From NCBI RefSeq assembly GCF_000150275.1, contig NW_002060946.1:5680597-5744596 (forward strand): a DNA stretch of 64,000 bases, read 5' to 3'. This DNA comes from Trichoplax adhaerens (lineage: Eukaryota; Animalia; Placozoa). Below the pieces are notes generated by a model, which saw only the letters and a list, made by a program, of their open reading frames with translations, was not told the origin of the DNA and made no database searches. Below are positions 54,461 to 64,000 of this stretch, in pieces; position 1 is the stretch's first letter, and the number at the start of each line of letters is the position of its first letter. The position numbers were made by a program, and so were the translations under genes.

Positions 54461-57400
54461 CATTCTGAGTACTGGGGTTTTTACAATCCCTTAGGTTCGC
54501 AATCGTCTAACTCAAAATCTGAGTTATTAAAATTGAGCAAATCTCTAATGTGACACAAGATCCGGCAAACACCATGTTTAACTTTAAAAGTATCCGTTTA
54601 TTAATAGAACGTTTGACGAGAGAAGAATTTACCTTTCTTCTCTCACAACAACAGTCGAAAAAAACCCCGGATAATCGACTTCGTCTCCACGATAACAATT
54701 CCATATTATCTAACAGTTATATTAAGACATTGCACAAAAACATCACCTTATATAGGCGACTACTGCGGCCTTATACACTCATATCACGAATAGTACAAGT
54801 ACACTGTTTCATCATCAGCAATCATGAAATTACTTTATAAAATAGTAGTATATTCTGCTTCTTAATGTTACTGTACTTCAATTACTGCTGTAATTAGCTG
54901 AAACAACTACACGCTCTAAAATTAAAATTACTAGATATTATCTCAGCTACGATTTTGTATACACGCAATATCTGCTAATGCGCAAAATTTTCTGTATTGC
55001 TTAAATTAATTATCAGATCTATCTTTCGTGCATCACATTAATAGCACTTGACGATAAGAATCTTAAAAAATTGGAATTCCTTGAGAGTGTGGTGAATAAC
55101 ATTATTAAATCCACATGTAATTCACGTATACTGATTACGGTGTAACTAGCTACGACATATCTCTATTTATTGATAACTAAGACCACCGATGTAGATTAAT
55201 ATGTACACGTACTTATACATAACGTATATGAAATGTATATTTAACATGCATCTATGAATTAGATAATACCTCTATATATAACTAGATCAATCGGTATTAT
55301 CCATATATAATCAAAGAATCCGATGCTACTTAGCCTATGCAACCGATTCCTATTCCTATTCTAGTAAATGTTCAAGTAATCGATAACCTACAGTAAGTGC
55401 CTACCATACTCCGATTATAAAAGATTCGTCTGGCATAGAGTGTAGCCATTGAGCTTTTAAACGGTAATTATATCTATCTTATGTAGCAGATATTGCACCG
55501 AGGCCAATATTTCTCTCTTTTTAATATATTTTATCACTATACAGTAATAATTTACAGATAATTAAAATCCAGACAGCACATCTTACACCAAATAAGTATA
55601 TTAGCTACCTGTACTGCTGGTAGTATTGATCATTTTTGCTTATCTATCATCGATATATGTTAAAGCTATCATTATTCTATAACTTTGGCTATCGGTTTGA
55701 CTCTAATTGATATCTTTTGCCATACAATCATGCTACAACTTGAATGGGGTTTTAAAAGTACATATTATATTCATTAATTTTTTGCTTGTAATAACGAATG
55801 GAAATCTCTTAATGATATAATGTTAAACTAACGTCACTTCGGCTTACTTGTAGACTATTCAATTTATTTTTACGCTTAATTTTACTTTATTTTAATCATT
55901 TCATAAAGTATTGCTCCAAATTTTTCTAATTGTTCCAATTATTTCAAGTAAGGCATTAATAATTACTATAGATTGACTAAAACTATTTTAACTTTCTCTA
56001 AAATGGAATGTATGCCAAAATTAATTTTTACGAATTATAATTCATGTCTAATTTTTCTAAAATGGTAAACACCGAGTGCTCCTTCTATTTATGACGGTTG
56101 TTCAAAAATTAATTTACAGTTTTATGAAATGATCCTGGTAACGGTATCAAATCAGGATATTGATGTCATTTCCGCTGGTACCACGCTAATTTCCATGGTT
56201 GGTTTTAATATTTTATAGAATTTTTTGACGCAATCACCCTCAAATACCTCATTATTTGGTCTTACTGATAATACTAGGATATCAGTTCCACAGCGATATA
56301 CTTTGACTTTTAATTCCGTAGCTAGCATACCAAATCTTATCGATTTAGTAGCTAAGCGATATAAAAGCTATTCCGCTAGAAATTGTCAAATCTAGAATTT
56401 GTCATTAGGACATTACCAGTTCGCTTTATTTCCATTAAATACAATCTATTGTCTATCCTGAAGTATCAGATATCTCTTCAGTTTTGAAGATTGCTACTGT
56501 ATTCCTGTACAAATAAACTAATTAAGCCAACACATTTAATAGGAAGTAATTTCTTCTATATGAGCCTTATCGATCCATTTTCTCTCAAATTGGGTCACTG
56601 ATGAGGCATTTCCTTAGTATGATTTAATTAAGTATTTGACAGAAAACAATTCTTAATGCTAAAAATAGTATCATCTATCATGGCCTTATTAACTAGTTGT
56701 TTAAGGGAGTATTTTTAATATTGATCACGGTAGTAAATTTCTATGATAAGCTATTGTATAATATTACTTTATAAATGAAGTCCTACCTATTTGGAAATAC
56801 TATAGTTTCTTCAATTGGCAAGTTTATATTTGTCAATAATTTGAAGGGTGAGAAAAGATTATGTACCGCCATTTATTTCATCGATGTAAAAAGCAAGCTT
56901 CAATCAGGAATTTCAATAAATATTGTCAATTTAATCATGCTAATTCATAAGTTAAATCGTATATTTTTCTTTAATTTCATGCAGAAGTGTTATAGAGTAG
57001 CGTATTTATGGTTCCAGAAATAAAGGTTATACGATGTCTGCTATAGTTATACATTAAAGTTTTATTGAGACGAAAATTAAGCTTATGATACTGCATACAC
57101 AATTTTGTTATCTACAATATCTTTATCATTTTGGTTTATCTAAAGGTTCTCATATCATTAAATAAGGATACGATAGAAAGAATCATGTACGTTAGCCAAT
57201 AAGAAAATTGCTACTAGCTGTAGTCAGCCAAAAAGCATTACTGTATAAGTTTAAACTTGTATTATAGACCCTTTACAATCATGAGCTAAATAATACCACA
57301 CATCTACGGCTATTTCAAGATCTAAATTAAGAATCGCGTGAAATCCTGTTGTTCCTTCTTTAGGACGAACATAGAAGGATTTAGATTGTCGTCGGTGAAA

Positions 57401-57502
57401 TTCATATATTCTAAATCAGAAGTTACTTTAAGCAATATATGGAATGTGTTCCATTACACTTTAGTATATTAAAATGAAGAAATTCTTCTCGTGTTGATGT
57501 AT

Positions 57503-58567
57503 TTAAGCAGTCCTAAATGTTGCAGTAGTATTTGGGGTTCGTGATAGGTAAGCTAGTGGTCTACCAAATTTATTAATAATTTCATGGCGAATATCCCGGC
57601 TAAAGTAGACATATATTAACGGATTTAGCGCTGGATACGAAAAGGCTAATTCGCGTAAGCCATATCTTGATGCCTTTAAACAATTTATTAGCAATTGAAG
57701 ACTCTGTACTCTTATACTAAAAGGTAAAGATCCTAATATTAATGCTACCATAGAGCAAATAATTTGCGGCACTACTAAAGCAATGAAAGTACCGGTAATT
57801 ATTATGAAAGGTACTGCCGCTTTAAATCGCCTTGCAATGAGCTGACTTTTTCGATTGTGAACTAGAAGAAATGAAGGGATTTGATGGTTATTGATCATTT
57901 TTAAATGACGTAGAGAAATGAAAAATATATAACCATAGCAAGATATCATGATCAGCAAAGGACCTAAGAAGCAAAATGAATAAAAAGCAAGTGTATAAGT
58001 TAATTCATCGGTAATTTCGCCACTGGTAGGACACGAATTTTTGGTGCTATTCTGGCCTTGAGTACGAAAAGTAAAAAGTGGATAAAATGATCCAACGAGT
58101 GCCGTAAGCCATATAATCGTAAGGCAAACGTAGGTATATTTGCGATTTACTACCTTACTATAACTAAATGGTAAAATAATCGTGATTGTTCTATCTACTG
58201 CTATCAGGGCTAAATGCAAGCAAATGCAAGACATTAGGAAATTGCGTAGAGGATTTTTGAGATAACATAAGAAATTGACTTGGTAAATAACTGTTATAGG
58301 ATAAGGAAGGCAGAATAATAATGCAAAAAAGAGGCCACTGGTTGACATACTACACAATTTTACGTTATGAATTTTCCACAATTTTCTGTGTGTTAATATA
58401 AGATGGACCAAGGTTCCATTAGTAAGCAAGGCAGTAAAACCAACAATTTCGTAATACATAATTTGAGGCATTTCTCTTATGATGGAAGTAGATCGCGAAG
58501 GATCGTCTGTAACGGAGTCGTTTTGAACCGATTGATAAGTTGTGCAAGTTGTAAAACTTTCCATCAT
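57503..58567 (-). CDS. Class A GPCR, orphan, paralog 3 (more divergent)
   Basis: 354 aa, 7TM; LCYLKNPLRNF...DRT, TM5 GPLLIMISCYG, TM6 GTFIALVVP (no Trp6.48), TM7 NPLIYV. Confidence 0.95.
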   Translation of the reverse strand: MMESFTTCTTYQSVQNDSVTDDPSRSTSIIREMPQIMYYEIVGFTALLTNGTLVHLILTHRKLWKIHNVKLCSMSTSGLFFALLFCLPYPITVIYQVNFLCYLKNPLRNFLMSCICLHLALIAVDRTITIILPFSYSKVVNRKYTYVCLTIIWLTALVGSFYPLFTFRTQGQNSTKNSCPTSGEITDELTYTLAFYSFCFLGPLLIMISCYGYIFFISLRHLKMINNHQIPSFLLVHNRKSQLIARRFKAAVPFIIITGTFIALVVPQIICSMVALILGSLPFSIRVQSLQLLINCLKASRYGLRELAFSYPALNPLIYVYFSRDIRHEIINKFGRPLAYLSRTPNTTATFRTA

Positions 58568-61500
58568 GAAACGTAAAGAAAGCGATGATAATGTTTGAAA
58601 TGCAATGTAAATTAAAAAGAAGCAGAAAGGAACTGAATTGATGCTGTTAGAGAGGTAAATATCACTAATGGATAAAAGCTGTTCGATCTATTTAAACCTA
58701 AGATTACATTGAACTATTTTCTTCATTTAGCTATTGTGCCGTAGTTACCAATGCAATATATGCTATCTTTGGTTTAACTACTCATTGCTATGGATATTTA
58801 TATTTTGGGTTTATTATAACTTCAACTTAATTATTTAAATTAAGATTTAATGAGGCTCATTTACATGAATAGTACGATATTCTTAACTGCCAGGCAAGAT
58901 TTTGTAGACCCGGACAATAGTTGAAATAGAAATCTTTCTTATTAAGTACCGCCGTTACCAAATTATTCTGTTATCAATTTTGGTGTTGTTTGTAATCATT
59001 ACAACTAACTCTTTAATTTTGGATTATAAATATTACTAATTGCTTACTATAATAATTTTTCAATAAAAATTGGAAGTTGATGATGGTGAATTTTTCTATT
59101 TAAATAAAAAATTGAATGCTATATTTTTAATAATTGTCAAGGAGACCATTGATAGTTTACTTTACGTTGCTATAATTAATATTAACTAATAAAGCCTTTC
59201 ATAGATAATTCTTTATTAATAGAATAATCGTTCATCACTCTCACCTTTAACTGGATGTTTGGTAAGATCCATAGTTACATATTATAGCAGAGTTTAGCGT
59301 CTCAATAATATTTATATATCTATTTATGATAGCAGTGATTTTATACCTTACAGTTATAATAGCGAATTTCGATTTAAAGATACAGTAGAGTGATTGATAC
59401 TATTCCATTTTTAGTTCTGATTTATAAAGCGTTGTTGCCGTGATTACGCAACTATTTCAATTATAATCATTAGAACTTATTTGATTCTGCGAGGATTAGA
59501 CGAAATTTATTAAATGATGATATTACATTGTCAGCTTTTTTTATGCCACGTCACATTATTTACTTAATAATTTACTTTTATACAAAATTAAGGATTTTTA
59601 ATATGGCAAAGGTGTAAAAAGATTGCATGGTATTAAATCTTTGACTTTTTCATATATGTATGCAGTGCTGTTCTTATATCATAACACATGCTGTATTGAT
59701 CTTAAAATTATAATTCCATTTCTCTCCTCCGTCTCGATTTGTACGGTAACACTATACACTATAACCTAAATAACTCGCTATTGGATCGCTTAAATTTAAT
59801 TTTCAAAAATTTTAATGTCCTAGAGGTCATAGTTCAATATCTTATTGCCCATGGCTAATGTTTATAAATAAGTTATGTGCTTAACATTGAGTAAAAAGAT
59901 AATTATTAACAGCAAAATTGCATACTGTACGGTATTGTAAATATGGACCAATAAGATAATCTCTATCACAATTTCCACTTGCCATTCTGCAAGTACTTTG
60001 CTACATGCCGGTAAGATAGGTTGCAGTATCTTAGTGGCTTGTCGTAAAGAGTTGTTAAAGTTGAGATTCCCCAAAATTAATAGCTTTATGTTTGCTGTAA
60101 AGAATTTGTAGAAACAGATTAAAGTATCAGTAATCCCTACAAGAATACTGTTGACAAAGAAAGTTACGCGCTTTATCATCTAGAGAAGTAGGCTGTAAAA
60201 AAATCACGATTCTAGTGATCATTAAGTATAAACTAACAAATATTAGAGGTTAGGCAACAGTATATAGTTCATAATGCATTGCATTATTATATTTTTCCAA
60301 TAAATGTTATTTACCACGCTAAATCAGGTCACGTATTTATTATTATTACGATGATGAAATATATTGATGGTCGCTGAACGTGAAGACATGAATTACTACA
60401 GAAGCGCCACGTAGAAAATTCAATAGGCTATAGCGGTACTGGATTCATGACGCTAACATTTGATAAATTTATTCTATGAGCAAATCGGTAGTATCAACAA
60501 AAATTATATTTATCATACGATTGGTTTATATTAGCAGTAGTCCTTAATATTAGCGTGTTTGGCTATTTGTAGTTGCTATTCTATTAAATAAATAAACTTT
60601 TAAAAGCGTGCTTTTTTACATATTGTTATGCTATGTAGCAAAATAATTATAGAATATATTACAACGTGATATATTTTGAATTCAAAGTCCATCATTAGGC
60701 TACATAATTATTGGTTATTCTAATTATTATAATCCTGCTATGAAGTATAAGGCTGCATAATATAATACCTATAAGATTTGGGGGTTGATAGTTAAGGGCA
60801 ATGATCTGTAAGTTAAATGGGTAGGAATTAATTGAATCTTGCGAAATTTTATTTCAATAATCTTGATATCCCGAAATACTAGGGATAAGACGACGTGGAG
60901 ACGTAACATGGATAAGAAAAAAGGTATTATATCTATAGTTTAAAATTGATTCTTCCAATGATAGAAATTTGATCATTAACCGTATCGGTTAACATCATAC
61001 CAAATATAAGTAGCATTAAGTTATTTATCGACGTGATCGGATAGGATTAAGACTATAGAATAATGAGCAGTGACGGTAGTGATGCAATACTTACCCCCAG
61101 CAGCGTTCTAGATCGATCCCAATCTTCTCTCCATCAAAAACCTCCGACTTTTATACCTTTGGCGGCGCATTATACCGTAGAGTGTCTGTAAAATCTACAG
61201 TAATCCTTCCTAATACTTGGAAGTCCCAACCATAGAAATTCTTTCCTACGATCCTAAAATAGCTATTCTGTGTCATAGGTATTGCACTAATCTTATCACT
61301 TTCGAAATGTTATTACAAGCAGTGGTATAAGTCTGATTGTACATATTGGATATAATTGTCTATCCAAACAGTTATTATAAGTAAAGACGTTATTGCTCAT
61401 GCTCCCTTAGTAAAGCGAAGGGTTGTATGACTAGTATAATTATAAAGTCTAATTTTCATACGAGTACGTCTACTAGAAATATGGCTTAATTTGATACTAC

Positions 61501-62730
61501 CATATCAGGATACCTTATCCTTATGAATTAATAACTACTCAATTACTTTTTAAAACAATTACATTTTGAAGCTATTACATAACAGTGATATCATGCGGCG
61601 TGCAGAAGTTTAATATTAACTATAGATGGATATTTTACCCAAGTTTATGAATAGCTTAATGTATAGAAAGTGTGCTAATGTTGTCCCTCTTCTAGTTGAG
61701 CAGTTACATACTAAGGAAAGTAATAATTATAATCAATGCATCATCAAATTTAGGTTTTCAATACCTTGAAATCTATTGCACAGTATGTCATAAAATCATG
61801 ACAGTATATTACTCAAAAGCTGTACTTTATACGCGTATAATTTTCACCTACGGTCTTTACGTAAATAGTCCATACAGCACAAGGGCACCGTTTCATCATG
61901 CTAGCTATAATCTGTAATTATCTTATTAAGATATTAACCGACTAATCAACGCCACCTTGTGTTTTAATTTATACATTACAACTGAAAAGGAAATAATCTC
62001 GTGATTATACTTTCTAACTATATAACTACGGTAATTAGCTGAAGTCTATTAAAATCATATAAACTTTATTGCAGTACTTGTATAGTCTCATATTAAAGAA
62101 CCATTCATGAAAGTAAGTATATAATGTTATCATGAGTTGTGTCTGCCCATTAATATTATGATTCTTTGTAAGTAGGTACAACTGTCATAAAACTTTTGCT
62201 GAGTTTAATAGTAACTTCTAGAGCTTAACTAAAATAGTATAGCAATTATGATGTTATATTCTGCATCCAAGTTGTTACTGTCTGCCACCATCAGATTCAA
62301 TACTTTATTCTGAATCACTAGTAATTTAATTCAATTGGCCTACTCTTTATTTGCTAAAGAACAGAATGTCTAATTCCATCGCATGGATATTTTTTTTACA
62401 CATGACTTAATAACTAGTACAATCTATTGAAACTCCTTTATTAAATATTTCTATGGAACATCGTTAACTTTCAAATACTTGACAGCAAAAAAATCTATTT
62501 AGTAGCCAGTAAAAATGTAGAGCAACGGTATTGACAGTTCGAAGTACAGGAAGTTTTATTTTGCTATCCATATTGATTGGTTATTGTTCTACCACAATGC
62601 TTACAACTTCACGTTGCAATGCCGCTATAAAAACCTTTGGATGATTCATTACTATAATGCAGAGTTTGGTATTAGATACTAATGATCTCAATCCCTGATG
62701 ACTTGTTTTTATGCAATTATACGATTTGGG

Positions 62731-62885
62731 CAAATATTTTCGTCTTACTAATCGCTATTTGGACGAGCAAAGTTTATCAGGAGTCAATTCAGTGGAGTAA
62801 AATCACAAGGCTTATTGAGTAAACATTTTCGTTTACTAATGGCTATTTTGGTGAGCAAGAACTAACAGGAATCAATTCAGTAAAG
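62731..62885. repeat. Degenerate two-copy duplication (period about 89 bp)
   Basis: ATTTTCGT(C)TTACTAAT.GCTATTT...GAGCAA...CAGGA.TCAATTCAGT occurs twice. Confidence 0.8.
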
Positions 62886-64000
62886 AAGTTAATTTATTGA
62901 GAATTCCTAACATTAGAGAAATTTAAAAATCTGCACAATGAAAAGAAAATATTAAGATTGCCTATAGTCCTTTCATATGAATTAAATTTATAAGGTAATG
63001 GCAAGACGTGGTATTTCCTTTTAATCTTTCAATTTTTTCCACAATACCGTGAACAATATCGTCATTTATTGTCATTAAAACCTATTTGGCTATTGAAATA
63101 ACAAAACTGCTAAGGCTATTCTTAAGTGTATATTCCAATTTCTATTCAAAGCATTTAAATCGTCTTTATTCTTACAGCCGTTAACCAATAAAGTAGGATA
63201 TTGAAACAAAGTCATCTTTAAAATAACTATCTCAAAATAATTAAATTGGAGAATTTAATTTCCTTTTAAGTAACATATAGCTTAATTCGAGTAAATTTAT
63301 AAAGACTGCTTTTACAAGTACAAATCTTGCATCATTATCACTGAGGTGTTTTTCATAGAATTGAAGTTTGATTGAATTATGTATTCATTGAATTAGAATT
63401 GTATTGGTCCGCGACTGGTATAATTGTAAGGCATCACAAAGTAATTGCTATTTCACGATGATATATAACAAGATAGACGCTTAGATACCAATATCCACGT
63501 GTGCTTCTATTCTAAAAACAACTGGTCTTAAATTGACTTTGTTTAAGCAGATTTGGGGATAATTTATCACAATCTATCAATTCCTTTACCATACTACGTG
63601 CTAATTATATGCCATGAAATGAATTACTACTTCCTAATTCTTAAAATCGATATGTTGTTGAGCCGAAACGAAAGGATAATGAATATATATATATTGCTAT
63701 AAGAGTTCTAGCTCAGGCAAGTAAACATCATCATCTGCTACGGTACTTACTCTACTAATTGGATATAAACCTTTCATTATTAAGGCAATAGCAGCAATAA
63801 GTCAATAGTAAATGAAATTACAGGACTAATTCAGTGTAATAATTATAATTATTTATTATATGCGTAAATGTTGGCGTTATTGGAGGATATCAGATAATCT
63901 ACCGATATTACGGTTGCTTGCTTTCAGCGATTCGAGTTCCATTAATCAGTAACTAATGTCCTCTTCTTTTTAAGTTATGAAACACAAACAATATTTATAA

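Noticed and set aside
56598-56650. CTGATGAG as a hammerhead ribozyme core
   Set aside because: No stem II followed by GAAA and no compatible cleavage-site stems.
21389-58567. GPCRs as opsins or monoamine receptors
   Set aside because: No Lys at 7.43 (L/F/F) and Asp3.32 is replaced by Arg, so no specific receptor name is supportable.
28394-61917. Scattered 60-105 aa ORFs in the inter-GPCR regions
   Set aside because: I/L/F/K/N-biased composition expected from random AT-rich DNA; no domains or consistent splice chains recognized.

Overview
AT-rich (roughly 30% GC, estimated by eye) eukaryotic nuclear DNA with short GT-AG introns. The style (compact multi-exon housekeeping genes, intronless divergent rhodopsin-class GPCRs, TACAGTA-rich promoters) suggests an early-branching animal, most likely a placozoan (Trichoplax-like); this is inference only. 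The first 13.6 kb is gene-dense: the 3' end of STOML1 (+), a possible decayed multi-exon gene or lncRNA (-), DNAJC12 (+, 5 exons), MRPL1 (-, 7 exons) and an intronless MEST-like hydrolase (+). I reconstructed the exon structures by hand and all are phase-consistent. The remaining 50 kb holds only three co-oriented, paralogous class A GPCRs with intronless CDS (-), spaced about 16-18 kb apart. All three have Arg at the aminergic Asp3.32 position and have lost the sodium pocket. Non-coding points of interest: two GTAC/TACAGTA-rich 'islands' at the divergent promoters, a G-U-rich hairpin with C/D-like boxes at 6.1-6.25 kb, a mini C/D-like element at 11.75 kb, a diverged inverted repeat with ~550-bp arms at 32.9-34.6 kb, and several degenerate tandem arrays.
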